Shown: positions 9,039 to 18,756 of the stretch, piece after piece
Layout of the letters: each line of letters opens with the position of its first letter
Numbering within the stretch: the first letter of the stretch is position 1
Source of the DNA: a virus
Lineage: Duplodnaviria > Caudoviricetes
IMG/VR virus record: IMGVR_UViG_3300048995_000011
Location: 26,794-90,793 of that record
Strand: one strand, 5' to 3'
DNA length: 64,000 bases
The notes under the pieces: generated by a model
The model's input: the letters and a program-made list of their open reading frames with translations, nothing else
What the model was told of the DNA's origin: nothing
The model's database searches: none
Program-made: the position numbers and the translations under genes

Positions 9039-9451
9039 AGATCCGATACACCCTCAACGTCGGCAACACCCAACAGGGAACCGTCACCGACGCAGACGAC
9101 GCGGTCGCCGAACACCTCATCCGCTCCGGCTCCGCCGTCCCCGCAGACGGCGAACCCGCCCGCACCATCGACGTCGCCCTACCCGAGCCCGCAGAGTTCC
9201 AGCACACCCCCGTCGGCGACAAGGCACTGGGCTCCGAAGGCAACAACGACGCCGGCAACGAGCAGAGCGAGAACCCCGACGCTGGGGACGGCGACCAGGC
9301 AGATGGTGACGTGATCGAGGGGATGAGCGTGAAGGAGCTCAAGTCGTTCGCGGAGACCTTCGACCCGCCTGTCCCGACGTACGGCACCAAGGCGGAGATC
9401 GCTGACCGCATCCGTGAACGACAGGGCGAAGAAGCCAACGCCGAGGACTAA
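9035..9451 (+). CDS. hypothetical protein with C-terminal HeH/LEM-like segment
   Basis: GGAGG RBS; C-terminal MSVKELK...TKAEIADRI. Confidence 0.65.
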   Translation: MKIRYTLNVGNTQQGTVTDADDAVAEHLIRSGSAVPADGEPARTIDVALPEPAEFQHTPVGDKALGSEGNNDAGNEQSENPDAGDGDQADGDVIEGMSVKELKSFAETFDPPVPTYGTKAEIADRIRERQGEEANAED

Positions 9452-9505
9452 GGACTAAAACACGTCAGCCGTTCACGAGATAGACCCCCAAGGGGTGGGG
9501 TACCA

Positions 9506-9538
9506 CCCGATCATGATCGGGCCCGATACCGGTACGCA
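9506..9538. repeat. nested palindromes, candidate cos/packaging region
   Basis: CCCGATCATGATCGGG (9506-9521) and ATCGGGCCCGAT (9516-9527) in the gap before terS. Confidence 0.45.
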
Positions 9539-9595
9539 TAGTGATCGCCAACCTGCTCCCCAAATACCTTTTCGTCCGAAACGTCGGGGGTGGTT

Positions 9596-10072
9596 ATGCC
9601 TGGCGTGAAGGGTGCCTCGGGTGGACACAACCGGAAGCGGTCGGATCAGAAGCTGGGTCACGCGAAGACCGCGAAGGATACGCAGGCGGTGGTGGACAAG
9701 CCGACTGCGGCGGCGGACGCGCCTCAACCCGACTTGGTGTTCCCGGATGGTGCTCTTCCTCCGTTGAGGATGACGCAGGACTTGTGGGATTCGATGGCCG
9801 TGTCTGGCTACAACGAGTTCTTCACCGCCTCGGACTGGGCTGCTGCCGCGGTGCAGATGTATGCGCTGGACCTGTTCATTCGGGACATGTTGGACAAGGG
9901 CAACTGGCGGGCCGGTCAGATGGCTGAGGTTCGCGGGTTGTTGGCGGACATGATGGTGATGGAGTCGGCGCGCCGGAAGTTGCGGATCGAGGTGCAGCGC
10001 CCCTCCGACAACGAAGACCTCCCGGACAACGTCACGCCTATCCAGAGGGCAGCGGACATGTTCGGCGCGTAG
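9596..10072 (+). CDS. terS: terminase small subunit
   Basis: Immediately upstream of terL; N-terminal GGHNRKRSDQKLGH and C-terminal RRKLRIEV...NVTPI are actinophage-like. Confidence 0.75.
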   Translation: MPGVKGASGGHNRKRSDQKLGHAKTAKDTQAVVDKPTAAADAPQPDLVFPDGALPPLRMTQDLWDSMAVSGYNEFFTASDWAAAAVQMYALDLFIRDMLDKGNWRAGQMAEVRGLLADMMVMESARRKLRIEVQRPSDNEDLPDNVTPIQRAADMFGA

Positions 10073-10090
10073 TCGCGAGAGGGGGCCGCG

Positions 10091-12856
10091 GTGTTGAAGG
10101 CCCCGAAGAAGGTTGATCCGCGGTTCCTGAACACGTCTCCGCCTCCCGGGTATTTCCGGGACTTTTCGTGTGGCGCGTGGCGGTCGCTGCCGTTCCCTGA
10201 CGATCCGACGACGGATCCTCGCACTACCCGGTCGCTCGGTTATGTGGTGATCGACTGGGCGGAGAAGAACCTAGTCCACCACCTGTCGGGGAAGCCGTGG
10301 CGGTTCACTCCGTCGCAGAAGCGCTTCTTGGTGCTCTGGTACGCGGTCGACGAGGATGGCCGTTGGGTGTATCGGCGTGGGGTTCGACGTGGAGCGAAAG
10401 GTCCGATCGCGAATACCACTCCCGTCATGACGCCCACAGGTTGGGTGAAGCATGGGGACCTCGCTGCGGGCAGCGTCGTGTTCGCTGAAGATGGCACCCC
10501 GACTCGGGTCCTTGAGGTTCACCCGGAAGTTGACGAGGACTGCTACAGGATCGATTTCAGTGACGGGTCGTGGGTGGTGTCCACTGGCGGCCACCGTTGG
10601 CCTTTGGAGTTTCTGACCCCGCACGGGAACTACGTCGAGAAGATCACGAACGCGCGTGAGATGGCAGCGAATCTGACTCGCAAGGACGGTGCACGGCTGT
10701 GGCGTCAGCAGGTCGCGCCTGCTGTCGACCTTCCCCGGGCAGAGTTGCTGATCGACCCGTATGTGATGGGGGCGTGGCTGGGGGACGGATCAACCCACGA
10801 CGGTCGAATGGCCGGCATAGATCCGGAGGTGTGGAATCAGTTCGAGCGGCGCGGCTACGCCATAACGCATGATCCCCGGTACCAGCGGTGGACAGCGCAC
10901 GGTCTAGTCACTCAACTCCGGGAACTCAACCTGCTGGGTGACAAGAGAATCCTGGCGGGCTACCTCCGTGGATCTGTCGAGCAGCGGTGGGAGCTGCTCC
11001 GCGGGCTGATGGACACCGATGGTGGGTGCGATCCGCGTAACGGAATCGCGGAGTTCACCACGACAAGTCCCGCATTGCGGGACGGCGTGTCCGAACTGCT
11101 GGCGTCCCTGGGTATCAAATTTGGTGTCCGGGACGGACGTGCCACATATTACGGGAGGGACTGCGGCCCCAAGTGGCGGTTCGGGTTCAAGGTCTACGCG
11201 GAGACTCCATTGTTTTACATAGAGCGGAAGCGGGCCCGTCAGAAGTCCCCGAGCGCCGGCCACCGGGGTTTGTCTTTGACCCGCCGGGTTGTTGCGGTCA
11301 CGCCTGTCGCGTCAGTCCCGGCTCGGTGTATCACCGTGGCGCATCCGTCGCACCGCTACATGGTGGGCGAGCGGAACATCGTCACATGCAACACAGGCAA
11401 GTCGCCCCTGCTCGCCGCGAAGCTGCTGTGCGAGCTCGCCGGCCCGGTGCGGTTCTCCCACTTCGACGAGCTGGGTAACCCCATCGGCGTACCGCATCGG
11501 ATGGCGTTGGTGCAGGTCGCGGCGAACTCGGAGGCTCAGGCGAAGGATGTGCTTCGGGTCGCGAACGCGATGGTCCCGAAGAAGCTGAAAGCTGAGATCA
11601 AGTTCGAGGCTGGCCAGACCGCGTCGACCGCAGCATCGGGGCGTATTGAGGTTTTGACATCGTCGATGTCCTCGGCTGAGGGTGACCCCGCGACGTTCAT
11701 CGGTTTCGACGAGCCGCATCACGCGAAGAAGTCGAACGGTGGCCACGACATGGCTGGCGTGGTTCGACGCAACGTGGTGAAGTCGCCGGGCGGCCAGGCG
11801 CGGGTGTGTGAGTTCACGAACGCGCACGAAGAGGGTGAAGACTCGGTCGCTGAGCGCACCTATCTGGCGTGGCAGGACCAGGTTGCGGGGAAGACGAACT
11901 ACCAGGACATCCTGTATGACTCGACCGAAGCCCCGGCGTATCTGAGTTTGCACACGGAAGCGGATGTGTGGGCTGGTCTGCGGGCGTCGTATGCGGACTC
12001 CCCGTGGAATGACTTGCAGGCGATAGCGCAGGAGATCGACATGACGGATACGTCCGTCGCCGACTCCATCAGGTACTACCTGAATGCTTTGGCTGCGAAC
12101 GAGTCGAGTTGGGTTGACCCGCGTCGTTTCGACGACCGTGGACGCCCGGAAATCGTGGTGGCCGATCAGGATGAGATCGCCCTGTTCCTCGACTGTTCGA
12201 AGTCGGGTGACGCAACCACGCTGTCGGGGTGTCGCATCTCCGATGGCCATGTGATCTCGCTGGGTGGGTGGCAGAAGCCGCACGGTCACCGCGGTAAGGG
12301 GTGGTTGGCTCCGCGGGAGCAGGTGGACGCCAAGGTTCGTGAGGCGTTCGACCGCTACAAGGTCGTGTGGTTCGGGGTTGATCCGTCGCCCGCGAAGGAC
12401 GACGACACGGAGGCCTCGTACTGGCGGCCGCTGGTGGACGATTGGCATCGGGATTTCCGGGCCACGCTGTTGGTGTGGGCTTCGCCGCAGAACGCGGTGG
12501 AGTTCGACATGCGCCTGTCCAGCCCGGGTGGCCGGGATCGGAACCGTCTGTTCACTGAGGCTGCGATGCAGACCGCGGTGGACATCGACGGTGAGGTTGA
12601 CGAGTTCGGGCAGGTTGTTGTCGCCCCCACGTTGACGCATGACGGGGATTCGATGCTGCGGGTTCATGTGCACGCGGCTCGGCGCCGGCCGAATCAGTGG
12701 GGTTTCACCCTCGGCAAGGAGAACCGGGATTCGAACCGGAAGGTCGACTACGCGGTGACGATGGTCGGTGCCCGTCTGGGCCGGCGGTTGGTGTTGAACT
12801 CGGCGGCGTGGCAGAAGCGGGCGAAGAAGCGAACCGGTAGGGCATTCCTGATATAG
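10091..12856 (+). CDS. terL: terminase large subunit interrupted by an intein
   Basis: Walker A RRGAKG|TGKSP split by an insertion; Walker B FIGFDEPH; C-terminal nuclease LFLDCSKSGDAT and KVDYAV. Confidence 0.92.
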   Translation: MLKAPKKVDPRFLNTSPPPGYFRDFSCGAWRSLPFPDDPTTDPRTTRSLGYVVIDWAEKNLVHHLSGKPWRFTPSQKRFLVLWYAVDEDGRWVYRRGVRRGAKGPIANTTPVMTPTGWVKHGDLAAGSVVFAEDGTPTRVLEVHPEVDEDCYRIDFSDGSWVVSTGGHRWPLEFLTPHGNYVEKITNAREMAANLTRKDGARLWRQQVAPAVDLPRAELLIDPYVMGAWLGDGSTHDGRMAGIDPEVWNQFERRGYAITHDPRYQRWTAHGLVTQLRELNLLGDKRILAGYLRGSVEQRWELLRGLMDTDGGCDPRNGIAEFTTTSPALRDGVSELLASLGIKFGVRDGRATYYGRDCGPKWRFGFKVYAETPLFYIERKRARQKSPSAGHRGLSLTRRVVAVTPVASVPARCITVAHPSHRYMVGERNIVTCNTGKSPLLAAKLLCELAGPVRFSHFDELGNPIGVPHRMALVQVAANSEAQAKDVLRVANAMVPKKLKAEIKFEAGQTASTAASGRIEVLTSSMSSAEGDPATFIGFDEPHHAKKSNGGHDMAGVVRRNVVKSPGGQARVCEFTNAHEEGEDSVAERTYLAWQDQVAGKTNYQDILYDSTEAPAYLSLHTEADVWAGLRASYADSPWNDLQAIAQEIDMTDTSVADSIRYYLNALAANESSWVDPRRFDDRGRPEIVVADQDEIALFLDCSKSGDATTLSGCRISDGHVISLGGWQKPHGHRGKGWLAPREQVDAKVREAFDRYKVVWFGVDPSPAKDDDTEASYWRPLVDDWHRDFRATLLVWASPQNAVEFDMRLSSPGGRDRNRLFTEAAMQTAVDIDGEVDEFGQVVVAPTLTHDGDSMLRVHVHAARRRPNQWGFTLGKENRDSNRKVDYAVTMVGARLGRRLVLNSAAWQKRAKKRTGRAFLI
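10403..11392 (+). mobile_element. class 3 intein (330 aa) with LAGLIDADG homing endonuclease
   Basis: Starts PIANTTPVMTPTGW; block B TGGHRW; LAGLIDADG motifs YVMGAWLGDG and LRGLMDTDG; block F PARCITV; ends VTCN followed by T(+1). Confidence 0.9.
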
Positions 12857-12891
12857 ACGATTCGGGCTGGACGCCCAGGAAGGGGCGTCCA

Positions 12892-14307
12892 GTGGCGTTT
12901 CACGAGTTGACCAATTCGAAGCTGAAAGCGCTACTGAAGAAGTCCGAAGGCGACCGGGCGAAGGAAGCGGACCGGCTGGAGAAGATCCGATCTTATGTGC
13001 TCGGGGACCACCCGGGCCCGTACCGCCCCAAGACTGCGAATGCCGAATACAACTTGCTGATTGAGCGTTCGATCACGAATCTGCTGCCGATGGTGCGGAA
13101 CGCGAGTGCCCAGCAGCTGTTTATCGAGGGGTACCGGACGTCACCGAAGGCTGGAGGGGTGCCTTCGACGGCGGCCAACGCTACGGGGTGGACGTACTGG
13201 CAGGCGAACCAGTTCGACTCCCGTCAGTCGCAGATCTTCACGTCGTCGTTGACGTACGGGTATGCGTGGGGGACGGCTCTGCCGGGCACTCGCGGGCCGG
13301 TGATGCGTGGCGTGTCTGCGCGGAAGATGTTTTGCCTGTGGGAAGACCCGGTCGACGATGAGTTCCCGCAGTACGCGCTGTCGACGAAGCCGGGTACAGG
13401 CGAGGTCACGGCAGTTCTCGACAGCCAGTTCCGCTACAAGGTGGGTCGCACGTCGGGCGATTTCGGGCCTCAGATCGTCGGTCAGGAACGTCACGGCGTG
13501 GGGGTGTGTCCGGTGGTGCGGTATGCGCCGGATATCGACTTGGACGGTCGCTGCACGGGCGAGATCGAGCCCCTGTATGCGGTGCAGGACCGCATCAACC
13601 AGACTTCTTTCGACCTTCTGATCGCGCAGACGTACGGCTCGTTCAAGATCCGCGGCATCTCGGGGCTCGCGGCGCCTGTCGATCCGTCTACTGGTCAACC
13701 TGTCCCCATCACGTTCGATGTGCGGCGGTTTCTGTTCGCTGAGGACGCGGATGTGAAGCCGTGGCAGTTGGACGGAACCCCGCTGGACGGGTATATCGCG
13801 GCGTTTGACCTCGCGGTGCACCACTTGGCGGTGAAGTCGCAGACCCCGCCCCACTACCTGCTCGGGAAGATGGCGAACCTGTCCGCGGATGCGCTGGCCG
13901 CGGCAGAAACCACTCTCACGCGGAAGGTCGCCGGCTACAAGCACACGTTGGGCGAGGCGGCGGAGCAGCACATTCGGCTGGCGTCCGCAGTGGCAAAGGA
14001 TCCGCCCACGGAGCAGGACGTGCACGCCCAGGTGGTGTGGGCGGACATGGAGTCCCGGTCCCTGTCTCAGGTCGCGGATGCGCTGGGGAAGATGAAGGAC
14101 TCGCTGGAGATTCCCGCTGTCGGGTTGTGGACGAAGCTGCCGGGCGTCACGCAGGCGGACATCGACCAGTGGAAGGCGCTGCGCGCCGCGGAGGACCCGA
14201 TTCAGGCGATGCGGGCAGAGTTGGACCGCCAGGCCGGGGACATAGCCACCCAGCGAGCCACCTCCCGCAACGGTGGTGTTTCCGTGAACGGATCGGCTGT
14301 TGCCTAG
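12892..14307 (+). CDS. portal protein (SPP1 gp6-like)
   Basis: 471 aa after terL; GEIEP...QDRINQT and TPPHYLLGKMANLSADAL motifs. Confidence 0.9.
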   Translation: MAFHELTNSKLKALLKKSEGDRAKEADRLEKIRSYVLGDHPGPYRPKTANAEYNLLIERSITNLLPMVRNASAQQLFIEGYRTSPKAGGVPSTAANATGWTYWQANQFDSRQSQIFTSSLTYGYAWGTALPGTRGPVMRGVSARKMFCLWEDPVDDEFPQYALSTKPGTGEVTAVLDSQFRYKVGRTSGDFGPQIVGQERHGVGVCPVVRYAPDIDLDGRCTGEIEPLYAVQDRINQTSFDLLIAQTYGSFKIRGISGLAAPVDPSTGQPVPITFDVRRFLFAEDADVKPWQLDGTPLDGYIAAFDLAVHHLAVKSQTPPHYLLGKMANLSADALAAAETTLTRKVAGYKHTLGEAAEQHIRLASAVAKDPPTEQDVHAQVVWADMESRSLSQVADALGKMKDSLEIPAVGLWTKLPGVTQADIDQWKALRAAEDPIQAMRAELDRQAGDIATQRATSRNGGVSVNGSAVA

Positions 14308-15073
14308 CACCGCGGAGCTCGCGGAACAGGCCAAGGCTGACCAGTTGGCTGTCCGGGCCGTGCTGCTGAAGGAGCTGCTCGACCTGTGGGCATTGCTGGA
14401 TCCGGAGAACGTGCAGGGGTCTGGTCCGGAGTGGCTGCGTGAAGTGGTACCGCTGATCTTGCGCTATCGGGATCTGTCGGTGGCGCGGGCGGAGGATTCG
14501 TACAACGAGATGCGTCGCGAAGCGGTGCCGGGTGCTGGGGTCTTTCGTCTGCCGCTGGTGGATGACCCGGACCTGCGTGACCTGCAGAAGACTCTGCTTA
14601 TCACGGGCCCGGGACGGGTTGCTCAGCTGCAGAACCAGGGCAAGTCTCCGGCGCAGGCGAAGCGGGATGCGGTCCCGCTGCTGTCGGGGTCCGCGAGCAA
14701 AGCGGTGCTGGATGCCGGCCGTGAAGCGGTGATGCAGGGTGTCGAGAAGGACCCGAAGGCGATTGCTTACGCCCGGCTACCGTCTCCTGGCGCGTGCGGC
14801 TGGTGCCTGATGTTGAGTTCCCGCGGAGCGGTCTACTCGGCACGGACGGTGGTGAAAACGACCAGTCGTAGCCAGAAGCAAGGCTCAGGCAAGTCATTCC
14901 ACGACTTCTGTAGCTGTGTCCCGTTCGCGGTGTACAGCCGAGACACTGAAATGCCGCCGATCATCGACGAAGCCGAGCGCCTGTGGATCGAGTCCACCCA
15001 AGGCATGTCCGGTAAAGCTGCCCTCGCTGCCTACCGGGTGGCTGTGGGTGAAACCCCAGGCACCACTAGATAA
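14300..15073 (+). CDS. MuF-like minor head / capsid maturation protein
   Basis: YARLPSPGACGWCLMLSSRGAVY...FHDFCSC motif; located after portal. Confidence 0.75.
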   Translation: MPSTAELAEQAKADQLAVRAVLLKELLDLWALLDPENVQGSGPEWLREVVPLILRYRDLSVARAEDSYNEMRREAVPGAGVFRLPLVDDPDLRDLQKTLLITGPGRVAQLQNQGKSPAQAKRDAVPLLSGSASKAVLDAGREAVMQGVEKDPKAIAYARLPSPGACGWCLMLSSRGAVYSARTVVKTTSRSQKQGSGKSFHDFCSCVPFAVYSRDTEMPPIIDEAERLWIESTQGMSGKAALAAYRVAVGETPGTTR

Positions 15074-15082
15074 GGAGCACCT

Positions 15083-15313
15083 ATGCCCACGCCCCCCAAG
15101 CCGAGCCCGCCGACTCCCAAAGCCCCGCCCGCGGGTGACTTCGAGATCGTCGACGAGGCGTCGCTGCAGACCGCGGTCGACGCGGTGGCGATGGTCGAGG
15201 ACCCCGACGAGCAGCGGCAGCTGCGGGAGTTCATCGTCGAGAAGGCCCTTGAGTTGGGCCTCGAGGACAAACTGCCCGCTGACTGGCCTGAGGTTTCCGG
15301 CAACCCCGCCTAA
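15083..15313 (+). CDS. small head-cluster protein
   Basis: AAGGAG RBS; FIVEKALELGLEDKLPADW motif. Confidence 0.65.
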   Translation: MPTPPKPSPPTPKAPPAGDFEIVDEASLQTAVDAVAMVEDPDEQRQLREFIVEKALELGLEDKLPADWPEVSGNPA

Positions 15314-15379
15314 GCGCCCCGTCCCATCCGTTCATTGCCGGTCTCGTGGACTGGCACCCTCGTAGGGAGAACAAACGCA

Positions 15380-16102
15380 ATGGCTGACGCCCAGGAGATC
15401 CTGAATCGTGCCGTGGCTGCCCGTGAGCAGGCCCAGAACGGTAAGCAGGATCCGGAGAAGCCGAACGACGACAACCCGGATGCCGCGAAGAACGAACCTG
15501 AGCCTGGCAAGCCAGCGGAGCCGGACGAGCCGCTGGGGCCGGCGGGTGTGCGCGCCCTCGAGCGTGTCCGTCGCGAGCGGGACGAGCTGAAGCAGGCCCG
15601 CTCGGACCTGGATAAGACGATCGCGGATCTGACGCGGGAACGTGATCAGCTCAAGGTCGATCTCGAAGCGGCCCCGAAGGGGGAATCGGGCGAGCCGGAC
15701 GAGCAGCACGCTGCCGCACTGGATGAGCTACGCGCGGAAATCGAGACCTTGACCAGCCAAAACAAGAAGCTCGCCGACGAGCACGCAGCGGACGCATCGA
15801 GCTTGATGCGGCTGCGGGTCGCCATGCGCAAGGGACTCGACGAGCCCGAAGCGAAGCGCCTGGAGGCCACCGCGCGCCGTCTCGTGGGCGGCACCGAGGA
15901 GGAGCTGGAAGCGGATGCCGACGAGTTCTTCGAGTACGTCGGCGCTGGACGATCTTCCATCGACGGACTGTTGCAGAAGCCGCAGGAGAACCTCCGTGGC
16001 GGCGCACAGCCGGATGAGGAGCCGGATGAGATGGATCCGGACAAGTTGGCTGCGGGTGTCCGCAGCCGGCAGGGTGGAGTTGCTTTCCGCCTCGCCCAGT
16101 AG
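15380..16102 (+). CDS. scaffolding protein
   Basis: Acidic coiled coil; LGPAGVRALERVR and GTEEELEADA motifs; directly before the capsid gene. Confidence 0.8.
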   Translation: MADAQEILNRAVAAREQAQNGKQDPEKPNDDNPDAAKNEPEPGKPAEPDEPLGPAGVRALERVRRERDELKQARSDLDKTIADLTRERDQLKVDLEAAPKGESGEPDEQHAAALDELRAEIETLTSQNKKLADEHAADASSLMRLRVAMRKGLDEPEAKRLEATARRLVGGTEEELEADADEFFEYVGAGRSSIDGLLQKPQENLRGGAQPDEEPDEMDPDKLAAGVRSRQGGVAFRLAQ

Positions 16103-16222
16103 GGCATTTCCTGTAACCACGTCGCCGTCGCGACGGACAACGAGGGATTCGTAATCACCTCGTCTCTCGCAGTTATTCGAATGGCGCATTGCGATCAGTG
16201 CGCCCAAAAAACGAGGTGATTC

Positions 16223-17158
16223 ATGGGCTTCACAGCTGTCAAATCGGTCAAGATCGCTCGAACGGGCTTGGGTCTCCTGCGCCGGGACTTGGTTCTGCCC
16301 CAGCTCGTCTGGCGCGACGCGGGTGGCGACTTCACGGGCTCCGCCGGCGACGTGGTCAACATCCGCATCCCCGCCATCGCAGTGGCGCGCAAGAACGCGC
16401 TGCGGGCGACCGGTGAGTCGCGGAAGAAGGTGATGGACGACCTGGCGGAGGGCTCCGTGCAGGTCGCGCTGACCCACGACGTGTACCACGGCACGTCCAT
16501 CACCGACGAGCAGATGGACCTCGACGTCGAGGACTTCAACGCCCAGGTGCTGGACCCGCAGGTGCGGGCCGTCGCCGAGGGCCTGGAGCAGACCGTCGCC
16601 GACGTGATGGTGGGTTCCACCTACCCGGCCGCGAACAAGCTGGCCGCGATCACCACGGACGACCCGTACGCAGTGTTCGTCGACGCCAAGACGGTGCTCG
16701 GCAAGAGCTTCGTGCCGCTGCAGGACCGGTTCGCGGTCGTGGGTGCGGACGTGGAGGCGTGGATCCTCAAGTCGGACCACCTGGCCCGGTATGACCAGGC
16801 CGGTTCGGACACCGCCCTTCGGGAGGCCACGATCGGTCGCCTCGCGGGCATGACCACCACCACGTCGTACGCGCTGCCGGCGAACAAGGCGTACATCTTC
16901 CACAAGACGGCGTTCGTCCTGTCCACGCAGGCCCCGAAGGTCCCGAAGGGTGCTTCGTTCGGGGACTCGCAGTCCTACCAGGGGTTCTCCCTGCGCTGGA
17001 TCATGGACTACGACGCCGACTACAGCTCGGACCGGTCGATCGTGAACACCTTCGCCGGTGCGAACGCGGTCACCGACTACGCCCCGGGTGACATTGCTCG
17101 TTCCGGGGCGAAGAGCCTGGTGCGTGCGGTGGAGATCACCCTGACCGCGGCTCCGTGA
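16223..17158 (+). CDS. major capsid protein
   Basis: 311 aa after scaffold; GDVVNIRIP, ITDEQMDLD and FHKTAFVL motifs; GAGGTG RBS. Confidence 0.85.
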   Translation: MGFTAVKSVKIARTGLGLLRRDLVLPQLVWRDAGGDFTGSAGDVVNIRIPAIAVARKNALRATGESRKKVMDDLAEGSVQVALTHDVYHGTSITDEQMDLDVEDFNAQVLDPQVRAVAEGLEQTVADVMVGSTYPAANKLAAITTDDPYAVFVDAKTVLGKSFVPLQDRFAVVGADVEAWILKSDHLARYDQAGSDTALREATIGRLAGMTTTTSYALPANKAYIFHKTAFVLSTQAPKVPKGASFGDSQSYQGFSLRWIMDYDADYSSDRSIVNTFAGANAVTDYAPGDIARSGAKSLVRAVEITLTAAP

Positions 17159-17628
17159 TGATTGGGCTGTTGGCGGACGTGGAAGACCTCGCCGCCCGGG
17201 TGGGTCGTGAACTCGTTGAGGGCACGACCGAGCACGCCCGGGCGGTGGCGGCGATCGCTGACGCCTCAGCGCTGGTGTGCGCGGAGACGGGACAGACCTG
17301 GGACACCGAGAGTGCCCCGCAGGTTCCGTCTCCCGTCGTGGTGGTGGTGTTGCAGGCGGCGGAACGCAAGTGGCGCAATCCGGCCGGCAACACCACCCGC
17401 ACCGCTGGCCCTCTCGGGGAGGGGTTCACCCAGCAGGCCGCATCTGGTGTGTACCTGACCGAGGATGAGCGGCGGATCCTGTTCCGCTTCTCTACCCGCA
17501 AGTCGGGTTTGGTGTCGGTGCCTGTGGAGCGCGCGGACGTGGTGTCCGATGCGTGGTCGCGGGTGCCGATCCAGTACTCGGACGGCACGTCTGGCCAGTC
17601 GTTCCCCTACTTCACCGAGCCGCTGTAG
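17155..17628 (+). CDS. head-to-tail adaptor
   Basis: LADVEDLAARVGR...IADASALV...WRNPAG...GVYLTEDE. Confidence 0.75.
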   Translation: MMIGLLADVEDLAARVGRELVEGTTEHARAVAAIADASALVCAETGQTWDTESAPQVPSPVVVVVLQAAERKWRNPAGNTTRTAGPLGEGFTQQAASGVYLTEDERRILFRFSTRKSGLVSVPVERADVVSDAWSRVPIQYSDGTSGQSFPYFTEPL

Positions 17629-17636
17629 GGGGACTG

Positions 17637-17966
17637 GTGCAGTTCGACAACGGGATCACCGTCGAGGTCATCACGATGGACACCGACAAGTTCGGCGACC
17701 GCGCCGAGTCGACGGTGTCGACGATCCCGAACTGCATGTTCGCCCCCTCCTCGAGCGTCGAAGACAACGCCGGTCGCACCCAAGTGGACCGGACCGCGTC
17801 CCTGATCGTCGGCGCCGGCTACGGCGCCCTCCTCCCGTCTGCCTCAGCCCGTGTCCGCGTTCCAGGGCGCGGGGTGTGGGAGGTCGACGGCTACCCCGAC
17901 CAGTGGACCGCATTGGACGGCACCGATATGGGTGGCGAGATCAAGCTGAGGAGGGTGATCGGCTAG
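17637..17966 (+). CDS. head-to-tail stopper
   Basis: Position and size; DKFGD...RVRVPG.GVWEVDGYP. Confidence 0.7.
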   Translation: MQFDNGITVEVITMDTDKFGDRAESTVSTIPNCMFAPSSSVEDNAGRTQVDRTASLIVGAGYGALLPSASARVRVPGRGVWEVDGYPDQWTALDGTDMGGEIKLRRVIG

Positions 17967-18265
17967 TGGAGTACCAACGGGATTCGAAAGAGACCGCGAA
18001 GTTCCTCCTCGGCCCCGAACTGCGGAAGGTCACCACCCTGGCTGCAGGGAAGGTGCTGGCGAAGGCTCGAGCCAATCTCGCGGCGCACGTCGACACGGGC
18101 GAAACCATGCGGTCTGGGCGTCTCGTCCACTCCGCACGGGGCGGGGTCAAGAAGGACCGTGTCTCGGTTTCCGTCGTGTTCGGCGGGCAGGCCGTTCCGC
18201 TGCAGTTCGGCAACCGCCGCGTCAGGGCCACCAGGTTCCTCACCCGCGCGTTGGAGGGGGACTGA
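17966..18265 (+). CDS. neck protein (HK97 gp10-like)
   Basis: Basic protein with VDTGETMRSG and LQFG...FLTRAL. Confidence 0.65.
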   Translation: MEYQRDSKETAKFLLGPELRKVTTLAAGKVLAKARANLAAHVDTGETMRSGRLVHSARGGVKKDRVSVSVVFGGQAVPLQFGNRRVRATRFLTRALEGD

Positions 18266-18681
18266 TGGCCTTCCCTGACGTTGAAGTCGCCTTGATGGAG
18301 CTGCTTGAGCCCATCGCACCCACCTACAACCAGCCCCCATCGTTCCTTGCTGACGCCGACGAACCACCAGCGCAGGGCGAGGACGAAGGGATCGCACCCC
18401 CGTTCATCTCCGTCATCCGTATCCCGGGTGGGGGAACGAACCGGCAGGGCTGGGAGGACACCGCGATCGTCGAGGTCGCCGTGTTCGGTGTCCGACGCGC
18501 CGAGTCCCAGCAGATGCTCAACACCGTCCGCACCGCTCTCGCCGGCCGGCGCCTGATCGAAACGTCCGTTGGTCTGCTCGATCGGATCGACGAGAACAAC
18601 GGTCCCGGGCAGATCCCGTACGAGCAGCGGGACATCCGCCGCATCCCGTCCACCTGGACGGTTGTTTCACGCGCCCAGTAG
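18265..18681 (+). CDS. tail terminator
   Basis: FPDVEVAL...PFISVIRIPGGG...VEVAVFG; located before the major tail gene. Confidence 0.75.
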   Translation: MAFPDVEVALMELLEPIAPTYNQPPSFLADADEPPAQGEDEGIAPPFISVIRIPGGGTNRQGWEDTAIVEVAVFGVRRAESQQMLNTVRTALAGRRLIETSVGLLDRIDENNGPGQIPYEQRDIRRIPSTWTVVSRAQ

Positions 18682-18756
18682 CGCACTGACACCCAGGGAC
18701 TCCCACTCACCGGCCCGTGGTCGGTTTCTTACCCGTCCAGAAAGGACCGGAACACA

